DNA from: an uncultured Alphaproteobacteria bacterium
GTDB taxonomy: Bacteria; Pseudomonadota; Alphaproteobacteria; JALCBB01
Direction of reading: 5' to 3'
DNA length: 64,000 bases
NCBI GenBank assembly: GCA_958267355.1
Contig: OY279575.1
Location: 1,758,295-1,822,294, forward strand
Shown: positions 27,920-37,558 of the stretch, one piece after another
Layout of the letters: each line of letters starts with the position of its first letter
Position numbering within the stretch: position 1 is the stretch's first letter
The notes under the pieces: generated by a model
Seen by the model: only the letters and a program-made list of their open reading frames with translations
Databases searched by the model: none
Told to the model about the DNA's origin: nothing
Program-made: the position numbers and the translations under genes

Positions 27920-29056
27920 ATGCAGTCCCTTACAAGTGCTTCCGATACAATGCGCCAAGCAGACGACTCTGCATCCGCGCTTGGAGGCGAAGACCCAGAG
28001 CCACCATCTAGGCTCAACCAACTTCAGCCCAACGAGACTAGGCACAGTGAGTCTAGCAATGGCGAGTCTAGCAGCAGTGAGTCTAGCAATAGTGAGTCTG
28101 GCAATAGGGAGTCTAAGCCCAATACGACTCCGTTAAGTGTGGCAAAAACACAAGCGCACGAAACAGCACACAAAAAAGCACACAAAAAATCACGCCGTAA
28201 AAACCCAAGAAAAAAGATACTGCGCGTACTGCATTTCTTCACCCGCTCAGAAAAACAAATATTACGCCGCTCGCTACTCTCGGTGCTGGAACATCTCCCC
28301 GCCGATACCAATATGCAAGCCCTAAAAGATACCGAACGCGCAATCTTAGAAAATCTTCTACGCCACCGCGACCGTGCCGTTGAAGACCATATGGTACCCC
28401 GCTCGGAAATCTTCGCACTTCCCGCATCAGCAAGCCGCGCCGAAGCCCTGAAAAATATGCGCTCGGCGGGCCACTCACGCGCACCCGTCTATGAAGAGTC
28501 GCTGGATAACACCAAAGGCTATCTGCATCTCAAAGATCTAATCGGACTCGGCGAAGCCAATGACAAAGACCACGGAGAAGACTCCATTCGCCAACTTCTG
28601 CGGCAGGTTATCTTTACCTCTCCCGCTATCAATAATCTAGACCTGCTACGCCAAATGCGTATGCGCCGCACACACCTAGCCCTTATCGTTGACGAACACG
28701 GCGGCGTAGATGGACTCGTCACCATAGAAGACTTAATAGAAGAATTCTTCGGCGAAATAGAAGACGAACACGATGTTAAAAGCAATCCGCCAAAATTACA
28801 GAAACGCGCTGATGGTGCAGTTTCCGTAGATGCACGATTCAGGCTAGAAGACTTGCCTGCGGATATGTACCAAGAACTCCGTGCCGATGCGGAAGAAGAA
28901 AACATAGACACAGTTGGCGGCTTCGCCGCTTGGGTCGCAGGCTATGTTCCAAAACAAGGCGAAACACTCACGCACCAAGCCAGCGGCTTGCGCTTCTACA
29001 TCAACGCCGCTGGACGCCGCCGCGTAACCCACTTGTCAATCGCTCCGCCGCAGTAG
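27920..29056 (+). CDS. corC: CorC/HlyC-family CBS-domain Mg/Co efflux-associated protein (YbeX) with N-terminal SESSN repeat
   Basis: DHMVPRSEIFALPA..CBS pair..IVDEHGGVDGLVTIEDLIEEFFGEIEDEHD..transporter-associated C-terminal domain. Confidence 0.85.
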   Translation: MQSLTSASDTMRQADDSASALGGEDPEPPSRLNQLQPNETRHSESSNGESSSSESSNSESGNRESKPNTTPLSVAKTQAHETAHKKAHKKSRRKNPRKKILRVLHFFTRSEKQILRRSLLSVLEHLPADTNMQALKDTERAILENLLRHRDRAVEDHMVPRSEIFALPASASRAEALKNMRSAGHSRAPVYEESLDNTKGYLHLKDLIGLGEANDKDHGEDSIRQLLRQVIFTSPAINNLDLLRQMRMRRTHLALIVDEHGGVDGLVTIEDLIEEFFGEIEDEHDVKSNPPKLQKRADGAVSVDARFRLEDLPADMYQELRADAEEENIDTVGGFAAWVAGYVPKQGETLTHQASGLRFYINAAGRRRVTHLSIAPPQ

Positions 29057-29074
29057 CGGAGTTGCGCGGCTCCC

Positions 29075-30829
29075 GTGCGTCTGCCACAAGGCTTAACCCA
29101 AGGCCTAAAGGGGTTTGCTGGCGCGTTGGTGACTCCCTTTCGGCGGCGGATGGATATTTCGTTCAAACAAGGCTTGGCAGTCGCTCCGCTGTGGGGCGGA
29201 CTTGCCGCACTTGCCCTGCCACCGCTCTACCTGCTGCCGCTCGGTTTGCTCGGACTCGCCGCTTGGTTTCGTCTGGTCGCTTGGGCAACTTGTCCGCGCC
29301 ACGCCTTCTGCTTGGGCGGGCTTTTCGCCTTCGGCTATTTTCTCGGCGGCTTGTGGTGGATCGCCTTCGCCTTTCAGTATGAGTCAGGTCTTTTGGCGTG
29401 GGCGGGGTTTCCGTTGGTTGTGCTTTTGGCTGCGGGCTTGTCGCTTTTCTGGGCAGTCGCTTCAGCTGGCGCACGATTTGCCCGTCAAGGCGTGGCGCGG
29501 GTCTTGCTTTTTACAGCGGCAGTTCTAGCGGCGGAGTTGGCACGGAGTTTTGTGTTGGGGGGATTTCCGTGGAATCCGATTGCGTCTTTTTGGGCTGGCT
29601 CGGCAGTGACTTTGCAGCCCCTAGCACTTTTCGGCTCTGACCTATGGAGCGCACTTACAGTTTTCGCCTGTGCCGCCGCTGTGAGTCTGGTCTATGACGG
29701 TAAAGCGGGAAGTGCAGGGGAAGTTGCAGGGAAAGGTGAAGTTGCAGGTAAAGGCGAAGGGGAAGTTGAAAGTGAAATTGAAAGTAAAGGGGAAAAGGAA
29801 AGCGCAAGGGTTCGGGTGGAGCGGTATAGCTCCATCGCGGTTTTGGTTCTAGCTGTTGTCCTGCCGCCTGCTACGCTTCTAATCAGTGGAGCGCAAGTAG
29901 CAGTCGCGCCACCAGCCCAAGAAGTTGCGGGCGTGCGCTTGCGGCTTGTCCAGCCCGCCATCGCCCAAGAAGACAAGTGGAAACGCGCCCAACGCCGCAA
30001 AAACCTAAACCTGCAATACCAACTTCTCACCACAGCAGGAAACTTCACCCACGCCATCCTGCCCGAAGCCACAGTCGCTTGGCCGCTCAACACTGCCGCA
30101 ACCGTGCGCTCGCTTTTGACTTCTGCACTTCCGCAAGAGGGGAGTTTAATCATCGGCGGAATTACACGCCTGAATCACCAACAAGCAGAAGCCGTACCAA
30201 GGCTACATAATTCGCTTTATGTTTTAGACAGCACAGGTGCCATATCAGCACGATACGATAAGCATAGGCTTGTGCCGTTCGGTGAGTTTATTCCGTTCAG
30301 TCGTTGGCTTCCTGCCACACGCCTAACCAACGCCGAAGGAGTCATTGATTACACGCCTGGCGATGGTTTGCGTACGCTTGTCGCTTCTTCGGGTGCTTCG
30401 GGTGCGCGGGTTTCTGTGCCGCCGTTTTCTCCGTTGATTTGTTTTGAAGTGCTTTTTTCAGGACGAGTCGTTCAGCACGGCACAGCCCGCGCCAGTTGGC
30501 TTGTCAATCTAACCAACGATGCATGGTTCGGACAGACTTCAGGTCCATATCAGCACTTCGCCGCCGCCCGTATGCGAGCCGTTGAAGAAGGCTTGCCGCT
30601 CGTGCGCTCCGCCAATAACGGAATTTCTGCCGTTATAGATGGGCGCGGACGAATTCAAAGCCTTTTGCCTCTCGGAGCCCGTGGCGTTTTAGACGCAAAC
30701 TTGCCACAGGCTTTGCCTCCGACGGGGTTTGCGCGGTTTGGCTTGCGCCTGCCGCTCGTAGCCTTGGCTTTTTTTGCTGTGGCGTTTCTAATCGCGCAAT
30801 TGGCTCCGCCTGTTCTGCGCCGCCCATAA
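29075..30829 (+). CDS. lnt: Apolipoprotein N-acyltransferase Lnt (with in-frame GEVAGKGEV.. repeat between TM region and CN-hydrolase domain)
   Basis: Multi-TM N-terminus. LRLVQPAIAQEDKW..YDKHRLVPFGEFIP..LICFEVLF..NLTNDAWFG motifs. Confidence 0.9.
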   Translation: MRLPQGLTQGLKGFAGALVTPFRRRMDISFKQGLAVAPLWGGLAALALPPLYLLPLGLLGLAAWFRLVAWATCPRHAFCLGGLFAFGYFLGGLWWIAFAFQYESGLLAWAGFPLVVLLAAGLSLFWAVASAGARFARQGVARVLLFTAAVLAAELARSFVLGGFPWNPIASFWAGSAVTLQPLALFGSDLWSALTVFACAAAVSLVYDGKAGSAGEVAGKGEVAGKGEGEVESEIESKGEKESARVRVERYSSIAVLVLAVVLPPATLLISGAQVAVAPPAQEVAGVRLRLVQPAIAQEDKWKRAQRRKNLNLQYQLLTTAGNFTHAILPEATVAWPLNTAATVRSLLTSALPQEGSLIIGGITRLNHQQAEAVPRLHNSLYVLDSTGAISARYDKHRLVPFGEFIPFSRWLPATRLTNAEGVIDYTPGDGLRTLVASSGASGARVSVPPFSPLICFEVLFSGRVVQHGTARASWLVNLTNDAWFGQTSGPYQHFAAARMRAVEEGLPLVRSANNGISAVIDGRGRIQSLLPLGARGVLDANLPQALPPTGFARFGLRLPLVALAFFAVAFLIAQLAPPVLRRP

Positions 30830-30995
30830 ATCGCTATCCTTACAAAAGGACACAAAACCAGATACGCCTGTTAACAAAAAACCATACAGATTTCAAAGAA
30901 ACTACACAAAGAAATTTGCTCATACCATCATCGCTCGGCTATAATCAAACCAATCGCGTAACATCTAGGCACTACGCAAAACAACTCACTTAGAG

Positions 30996-31817
30996 TTGAA
31001 AACAAAATCAATAGCAAACCCTATCAGCGAATCCATCGCTACACGATCCACGATTAACAAAACTCGCCGCCACGAGTCATCTTTCACTTTTGAAAACGTA
31101 AGCCCGTCCGTTGCAACAACAATAGCGGACACTTCTTTTCATTCCAACGCAGGAGGAGCCAAAATGCCACAGGGAAGGCGCAGGTTGGACACAAACCGCA
31201 AACCAAAAACCGCTAAACTCACCGCCAAACAAGCCGCGAAGCAACGCGCATCCACACCCGTAGACAAAGTCGTCGGAACCTGTGTGCGCGAACGGCGGAT
31301 TGTCCTTGGTTGGAGCCAAGAAGAACTCGCGGAAAAACTTAAAATCTCGTTCCAGCAAGTACAGAAATACGAAGCTGGCACTAACCGCATCGGCGCAAGT
31401 CGGCTCTACCAAATCGCCCGCGTCTTAGACACGGATGTAAACCACTTCTACGGCACCTTGCCAATGCCCGCCCAAGCAACAGGGGGGAAGAAAACAAGCC
31501 AGCGAGTCGCTCCCGAGCTGCGTGAGGTGGCGAATCCGATCACCCCAACACCGAAGGGCAAGGCACAACAAAACAAAGGACAACAACGCGCCGCTCTAGC
31601 CTTAGTACGGCACTACTATAAGATTCAAAGTCCGAGTGTGCGCCGTGGATTGGTGCAGACTGTCCATGCCTTTTCTGACCAACAGGGCAAAGCTTCCGCC
31701 ACCAAAAAGGGAGCTAAGAAAAGCACGAAAAAAACGGCTAAGAAATCCGCCAAGAAGACTACAAAAAAAGCGGCGAAGAAATCCGCGCGCAAAAAGACCA
31801 CGCGCAAAAGGCGGTAA
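30996..31817 (+). CDS. XRE-family helix-turn-helix transcriptional regulator with histone-H1-like Lys/Ala-rich C-terminal tail (start may be the Met at ~31164)
   Basis: VRERRIVLGWSQEELAEKLKISFQQVQKYEAGTNRIGASRLYQIARVL HTH. Tail KKGAKKSTKKTAKKSAKKTTKKAAKKSARKKTTRKRR. Conserved position between lnt and metK. Confidence 0.7.
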   Translation: MKTKSIANPISESIATRSTINKTRRHESSFTFENVSPSVATTIADTSFHSNAGGAKMPQGRRRLDTNRKPKTAKLTAKQAAKQRASTPVDKVVGTCVRERRIVLGWSQEELAEKLKISFQQVQKYEAGTNRIGASRLYQIARVLDTDVNHFYGTLPMPAQATGGKKTSQRVAPELREVANPITPTPKGKAQQNKGQQRAALALVRHYYKIQSPSVRRGLVQTVHAFSDQQGKASATKKGAKKSTKKTAKKSAKKTTKKAAKKSARKKTTRKRR

Positions 31818-32130
31818 GGCGTAAAAGCGGTATGGGGTAAAAGTGGTACGGGTAAGCGGTATGGGGTAAAAGCGATTAGCCACAGAAGCCGTATAGGGCA
31901 AAAGCGGTACGGGCAAGCGTTAAGGCGTAAAAGCCGTATAGGGTAAAAGTGATTAAGGGCTAGAGAGGTAAGGCGTAAAAGCGGTTAGGGTAAGAGTGGT
32001 TAGCCACAAAAGCCGTATGGAGTAGCCACAAGGGCAAGAGTGGCACGGGCAAGCAGTAAGGCGTAAAAGCCGTTAGGGGCTAGATGGGTTAGCCACAGAA
32101 GCGGTTAGGGGCAAAAGCCGTAAAAAGCCA
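31815..32130. repeat. Degenerate tandem repeats (GGTAAAAGCGGTATGG / GGCGTAAAAGCCGTTAGGG units) over ~315 bp
   Basis: Direct reading. A further 14-bp repeat (GTATCTGTAAAGAT x5) lies at ~32419-32490 just upstream of metK. Confidence 0.75.
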
Positions 32131-32533
32131 TAAGCAATAAACAGGCTTTCAAAAACAGGCTTTCAAGACCAAGCTTTAAAGCCCCAAAATTCACCCCACA
32201 AAACCGCTCCATAAAATCGCTCCATAAAACCGCTCCACAAAACCACTCCGCAGATGCCACGCAATGGCTCTGGCAATTGCCCTGCCGCTGGTTCCTATAC
32301 TTTTCCCCAGATCGCTGACCGATAAGTCGCGATTTCTACTAAAAATCAAGGCTGGCGAATTGTTTTTCAAGCCTGTCCGTGGCAGTCTTGTTAATGACCC
32401 CGCAGAAACTTCCGCACAGGTATTCGTAAAGGTATCTGTAAAGATGTCTGTAAAAAGGTATCTGTAAAGATATCCGTAAAGATGTCCGTGCGGACTCGCG
32501 CAACACAACTTCACAACAACTCTAGAGACTCCA

Positions 32534-33775
32534 ATGGCGGCTCTTCTCGCGCGGCGCGGTTCTTGGCAATTCACCAGCGAGTCGGTGAGCGAAGGCCATC
32601 CCGATAAAGTCGCAGACCAAATCTCAGACGCAGTCCTAGACCTGTGCCTTACTCGCGACCCAAAAGCGCGAGTCGCCTGCGAAACAATGGTAAGCCAAAA
32701 CCTTGTCACCATCGGCGGCGAATACCGATTTCAAGATGGCTCAAGCCTAGACGACTCCGCGTTGGAGACACTGGTGCGCTCGGTCGTACGCGAAATCGGC
32801 TACGAAGAAGAAAACTTCCATTGGCAAGAACTAGAACTACGCAATCAACTCGCCCCGCAGTCTTCCGAAATTGCAGGCGGAGTAGATCATCGCCAAGATA
32901 AAGAAATCGGCGCAGGTGACCAAGGAATTATGTTCGGCTATGCCACCAACGAAACCAAGTCGCTTATGCCTGCTCCGATTCATTATGCCCACGAAGTCTT
33001 GCGCAAGCTAAGCGCTTTCTGGCACACCCCTGACGGACAAACACTCGGACCCGACGCTAAAAGTCAGGTAACCCTACGCTATGACGGAGCAAATCCTGTA
33101 GCGGTAGATCGCTTGGTCGTGTCAGTGCAACATCGCTGTCCTGTCGGAGAAGTGCGAGAGTTAATCTCTCCCATCGCACGGGGCGTTTTTGAAGACGCGA
33201 ACCTAGAACTGCCAAGCGAGCCAGAAGAAAAATGGTTTCTGGTTAACCCATCAGGAAGCTTCACCCAAGGCGGACCCGCCGTAGATGCAGGACTCACAGG
33301 ACGCAAAATTATTGTTGATACCTACGGTGGCGCCGCTCCGCATGGCGGTGGCGCTTTTTCAGGCAAAGACGCAAGCAAGGTAGACCGTTCAGCCGCCTAC
33401 GCCACACGCTATCTGGCAAAGAATGTCGTAGCCGCAGAATTGGCTTCCGCCTGTTTGATTCAAGTTTCCTACGCCATCGGGCAAGCCGAACCCTGTAGCT
33501 TTTATCTCAATCTTTTAGGCGATGTCCAGTGCGATGAAGAACAGCTGCAAAGCCATCTGCAAGAAATCTTTTCTTTAAAGCCAGGGGATATCGCCGCCCA
33601 GTTGCAGCTGCATCTTCCAAACTATCAACAGACAGCAAAATACGGACACTTCGGACGTACCTATGACGACAAGTCCAAGGCTTTTTCTTGGGAGCAGAAA
33701 AACCTTACAGCAACGCTCAAAGGACTCGTCTCAGGCGGAGTGTCTTCAGCCATACCACTGCGCCGCTCGGCTTAA
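32534..33775 (+). CDS. metK: S-adenosylmethionine synthase
   Basis: FTSESVSEGHPDKVADQISDAVLD..GAGDQGIMFGYA..DTYGGAAPHGGGAFSGKD. Confidence 0.95.
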   Translation: MAALLARRGSWQFTSESVSEGHPDKVADQISDAVLDLCLTRDPKARVACETMVSQNLVTIGGEYRFQDGSSLDDSALETLVRSVVREIGYEEENFHWQELELRNQLAPQSSEIAGGVDHRQDKEIGAGDQGIMFGYATNETKSLMPAPIHYAHEVLRKLSAFWHTPDGQTLGPDAKSQVTLRYDGANPVAVDRLVVSVQHRCPVGEVRELISPIARGVFEDANLELPSEPEEKWFLVNPSGSFTQGGPAVDAGLTGRKIIVDTYGGAAPHGGGAFSGKDASKVDRSAAYATRYLAKNVVAAELASACLIQVSYAIGQAEPCSFYLNLLGDVQCDEEQLQSHLQEIFSLKPGDIAAQLQLHLPNYQQTAKYGHFGRTYDDKSKAFSWEQKNLTATLKGLVSGGVSSAIPLRRSA

Positions 33776-34512
33776 AGCATAGCTTTTTGCAGTCAGCTCG
33801 TCAGCACAGAATAGAACCACCACGCGGACGCAAAACTCCGCGACGGTTATCCGCACGGCGCAAGACTCTTTTAGAACAAGGCGTATCGCAGTTTGGGATT
33901 AATGCGAAAGAAATTCGCACAGCGACTCCCGCTTCGTGTCTGCCACAAGCTTGGTTTGGCGAGTCCTTCACAGGCAAAGTGTTTCTAGAAGTCGGCTTCG
34001 GCGGCGGTGAGCACTTGGTCGCAATCGCCCAAGACAAGCCGCACGATGGCTTCATCGGTGCCGAAGTTCATCAAGGCGGACTTGCCAACTGCTGTGCGCT
34101 CCTAGCAGAAAATCAAGTTGAAAATGTACGACTCTTCGCCGAAGATGTCCGCACACTTCTAACCGCCTGCACCGACAATGCACTAGACGGAGCTTTTGTT
34201 TTATTTCCCGACCCATGGCCAAAACGCCGCCACGCCAAACGGCGGATCATCTCGCAAGATTTCCTAGACGAGCTGGCACGGGTACTACGCAAAGGTGCTG
34301 TTCTGCAAGCGGCAAGCGATGACCCAGTCTGCCAAGTCAGTCTGCTACAAGAACTTCTGGCACACAAAGCCTTCGCTTGGAACGCAACACAAGCCGTACA
34401 TCCCGCTCGCTGTTGGACAAAGCCCCCGCCCAATTGGCACTCCACCCGCTACGAAGCCAAAGCCCTAAAAGCAGGACGCAAACCCATATATTTAACTCTA
34501 TTCCGCGTCTAA
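33688..34512 (+). CDS. trmB: tRNA (guanine46-N7)-methyltransferase TrmB (true start probably downstream of the metK stop, ~33780-33830, non-ATG)
   Basis: FLEVGFGGGEHLV..FPDPWPKRRHAKRR motifs. Confidence 0.85.
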   Translation: MGAEKPYSNAQRTRLRRSVFSHTTAPLGLKHSFLQSARQHRIEPPRGRKTPRRLSARRKTLLEQGVSQFGINAKEIRTATPASCLPQAWFGESFTGKVFLEVGFGGGEHLVAIAQDKPHDGFIGAEVHQGGLANCCALLAENQVENVRLFAEDVRTLLTACTDNALDGAFVLFPDPWPKRRHAKRRIISQDFLDELARVLRKGAVLQAASDDPVCQVSLLQELLAHKAFAWNATQAVHPARCWTKPPPNWHSTRYEAKALKAGRKPIYLTLFRV

Positions 34513-34635
34513 ACCCGTATTTCACAGGTATTTGCTCTGTCTTGTCTTTGGCGGCAAAAAGGCCTATATTCTGGGTGAGGGTTTGGCGTTCCTGAACCCT
34601 TAGCCCGCTTAGGCTTCACGAATGAGATTTTGAAA

Positions 34636-34662
34636 CCAGCGGGCGAAAGCCCGCTTTTTTTG
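34636..34662 (+). terminator. Rho-independent terminator after trmB
   Basis: AGCGGGC-GAAA-GCCCGCT stem-loop followed by T7. Confidence 0.7.
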
Positions 34663-34722
34663 TCGCTTCTGCTTCTAGGGCTTCTAGGGGGTGGAAAGCA
34701 AGGAAACGGGGTTTTAGGGACA

Positions 34723-35060
34723 GATACGGCTAACACGCCCCACAGAAGCCACAGGAGCTGTTTGTAGGGCTTTTATGGGGTGGAAAGCGGAATTGGCACA
34801 GATACGCCCCACAGAAGCCATAGGAGCTGTTTATGGGGCTTTTATGGGGTGGAAAGCGGAATTGGCACAGATACGCCCCACAGGAGCCATAGGAGCTGTT
34901 TAGGGGGCTTTTATGGGGTGGAAAGCGGGATTAGGCACAGATACGCCCCACAGAAGCCATAGGAGCTGTTTAGGGGGCTTTTATGGGGTGGAAGCGGGAT
35001 TTGCCACAGATACGCCCCACAGAAGCCATAGGAGCCGTTTAGGGGGCTTCTAGGGGAAAT
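34723..35060. repeat. 69-70-bp minisatellite x5 (GATACGCCCCACAGAAGCCATAGGAGCTGTTTAGGGGGCTTTTATGGGGTGGAAAGCGGAATTGGCACA), bounded by GGGCTTCTAGGGG direct repeats
   Basis: Period measured from recurring GATACGCCCC (34801, 34870, 34940, 35009 approx). Confidence 0.85.
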
Positions 35061-35078
35061 ATACGGATAAAAACACAA

Positions 35079-35885
35079 ATGCGACTACCACGCACCACAG
35101 AAGCCCAGTTTTCTTCTCGCAGGACAACAGAAGGGCTCAGGGCAACAGAAGAACAAGGAGAGCAATGGCTCGCACAGGATTCTTGTGTCCATCTGCGGCT
35201 GGTCTGTGAGCCCGCTATGCGGCAGGTGGCAGAGTCAGCAGCGCAACTCGCCGAGTCAGCCGCTTCAGCCTTAGGCTTCGCACTTGTGCGACTCCAACTC
35301 ACAGGCGGACGCAAACCCCGCCTACAAGTGCTCGCCGAACGCCCTGACGGCAGCTTTTCGCTAGACGATTGCGCAACCCTGTCACGGAAACTCTCCACCC
35401 AGCTAGATGCCCAAGACGAAGCTGGCAATGCGTCTGGCAAGGCAATTCAAAGTGCTTATGTTTTAGAAGTTTCGTCTCCGGGAATGGAACGCCCATTAAC
35501 TCGTCCGCAAGATTTCACCGCCTACGCGGGTCGCTTGGTGCATCTACGCCTAAATCGCTTTGCGCCACAAAAACGCAAAAAATATCTCGGCACTTTAATC
35601 GGAGTTGAAGGAATCGGACTCGAAGGAAACGGACCCGAAGGCGAAAATCTTATCCTTCAAATCCAAGAAGACGAAACCACGCTCAAAATTCCACTCGCGC
35701 AAATCGCAGAAGTACATTTGCATCTGGCTTCGCCAAGACAGACAAAAACCCAAACAAAAACACACGGCAAAGCAAAAGCCAAAAACACCAAAGGGAAAAA
35801 CAAAAAATCTTCCCTACTTGCAAACCTGTCGTCTAAACCAATAGCTCCACACCACAACAGCAAAACCAACAGAGTTGCCCCATGA
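35079..35885 (+). CDS. rimP: Ribosome maturation factor RimP (start probably ~35215) with basic repeat-rich C-terminal tail
   Basis: ALGFALVRLQLTGGRKPRLQVLAERPDG..YVLEVSSPGMERPL. Confidence 0.8.
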   Translation: MRLPRTTEAQFSSRRTTEGLRATEEQGEQWLAQDSCVHLRLVCEPAMRQVAESAAQLAESAASALGFALVRLQLTGGRKPRLQVLAERPDGSFSLDDCATLSRKLSTQLDAQDEAGNASGKAIQSAYVLEVSSPGMERPLTRPQDFTAYAGRLVHLRLNRFAPQKRKKYLGTLIGVEGIGLEGNGPEGENLILQIQEDETTLKIPLAQIAEVHLHLASPRQTKTQTKTHGKAKAKNTKGKNKKSSLLANLSSKPIAPHHNSKTNRVAP

Positions 35886-37558
35886 TCACAACCCGACTAC
35901 ACCGCAAAGAACTCATGGAAGTCGCCAATATGGTGGCACGTGAAAAAGGCATTGAACTGGAAGAAGTGGTTCAGGCGATGATCCTTGCCTTCCAAAAAGC
36001 AGGACAAGCCAAATACGGACACGAAAATGATATCCGCACCGAAATTGATCCCGAAAGCGGAGAAATCCGCTTCTATCGCTGCCTGACCGTCGTAGAAGAA
36101 CCCGAAAACGCCGCCGCCGAAATCACCACCGCCGAAGCACAAGCCCGCGAACCAAAAAACCCAGAACTCCACGAACTCGGAGCCGTACATCGCGAACTTC
36201 TACCACCCATCGATCTAGGACGAATTGCCGCCCAAACCATCAAACAAACAATCGTTCAGCAAGTCCGCGAAGCCGAACGCACCAGACAATACGAAGAATT
36301 CAAAGACCGCGTCGGCGAAGTCATCAACGGAATCGTCAAGCGCGTAGAATACGGCAGTGTACTCGTAGATCTAGAACGCGCCGAAGGCTTGCTACGGCGC
36401 GATGAAATTATTCCGCGTGAAACCCATCGCATCGGCGATCGCACCCGTGCCTTCATTTACGATGTGCGCAACGAAGGACGTGGTACACAGATTTTGCTCT
36501 CGCGGTGTCATCCACAGTTTATGGCAGAGCTTTTTGCTCAAGAAGTCCCAGAAGTCTATGACGGAGTCATTGAAATCAAATCCGTCGCGCGCGACCCTGG
36601 CTCACGAGCCAAAATCGCTGTGATTAGTCACGATAGCTCCATTGACCCAGTCGGAGCCTGCGTCGGTATGCGCGGCAGTCGCGTTCAAGCCGTAGTCGGA
36701 GAACTGCAAGGCGAAAAAATAGATATCGTGCCTTGGTCTGCAGATCCTGCAACTTTTGTCGTTAATGCTTTGGCTCCTGCGGCGATTACCAAAGTCATCG
36801 TAGACGAAGAAAAAGACCAAATGACCGTAGTCGTCGCCGAAGACCAACTCTCACTCGCCATCGGAAGACGCGGACAAAATGTCAGACTCGCCTCACAACT
36901 TACAGGCTGGCAAATTGAACTCCTAACCGAAGAACAAGAAAGTGCTTCACGACAAGAAGACTTCCAAAAACGCTCAACATTCTTCACCGAAGCACTAGAT
37001 GTAGACGATATGATCGCGCAACTCCTTGCCGCTGAGGGATTCGTAAATCTAGAACAAATCGCTGAAACTTCTCCCGTAGATTTGGCACAGATAGAAGGCT
37101 TCGACGAAGGACTCGCCGAAGAACTCTGCACCCGTGCCCAACAATGGCTAGACGAACAAATCCGCGGCTGGATAGAAAAACGCCGCGCCGCAGGAGTCAC
37201 CGACGAAGTCGCCGAAAGCGAAGGATTAACTCCTGCAATGGTCGCACGACTCGGCGATGCAGAAGTGCGAACCCTAGACGACTTAGCTGGACTCTCACGA
37301 GACGACTTAGCAGACGCCTTGGGGGATTTATCTCCGTCGGTGGAGGAAATGGATAGAATTATTCTCACCGCACGCCAGCGTTGGTATCCTGACGAAAGTC
37401 TTCTGCCCGAAGAAAGCGAAGAAGAAGAAGCAGAAGCTCCGTCAGCTGTCAGCGAAGAACTACGCGCCGCAGAAGCTGTCTTTGCAGCTCCTGAAGCCAC
37501 GGGCGAAAGCCAAGAACAAAAAACCACGCAAAAAGAAATCGGAGACAATAGCGCGTGA
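35882..37558 (+). CDS. nusA: Transcription termination/antitermination factor NusA
   Basis: MVAREKGIELEEVVQAMILAFQKA.., S1 and KH regions, acidic C-terminus. Confidence 0.9.
   Translation: MITTRLHRKELMEVANMVAREKGIELEEVVQAMILAFQKAGQAKYGHENDIRTEIDPESGEIRFYRCLTVVEEPENAAAEITTAEAQAREPKNPELHELGAVHRELLPPIDLGRIAAQTIKQTIVQQVREAERTRQYEEFKDRVGEVINGIVKRVEYGSVLVDLERAEGLLRRDEIIPRETHRIGDRTRAFIYDVRNEGRGTQILLSRCHPQFMAELFAQEVPEVYDGVIEIKSVARDPGSRAKIAVISHDSSIDPVGACVGMRGSRVQAVVGELQGEKIDIVPWSADPATFVVNALAPAAITKVIVDEEKDQMTVVVAEDQLSLAIGRRGQNVRLASQLTGWQIELLTEEQESASRQEDFQKRSTFFTEALDVDDMIAQLLAAEGFVNLEQIAETSPVDLAQIEGFDEGLAEELCTRAQQWLDEQIRGWIEKRRAAGVTDEVAESEGLTPAMVARLGDAEVRTLDDLAGLSRDDLADALGDLSPSVEEMDRIILTARQRWYPDESLLPEESEEEEAEAPSAVSEELRAAEAVFAAPEATGESQEQKTTQKEIGDNSA

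Noticed and set aside
32130-32533. SAM riboswitch upstream of metK
   Set aside because: I could not recognise a SAM-II/SAM-V-like pseudoknot core in the sequence. The region is instead occupied by 14-bp tandem repeats. This needs an Rfam scan to be definitive.
34780-34962. 60-aa ORF with internal duplication (ESGIGTDTPHRSHRSCL x2)
   Set aside because: It is the translation of two units of the 69-bp minisatellite.
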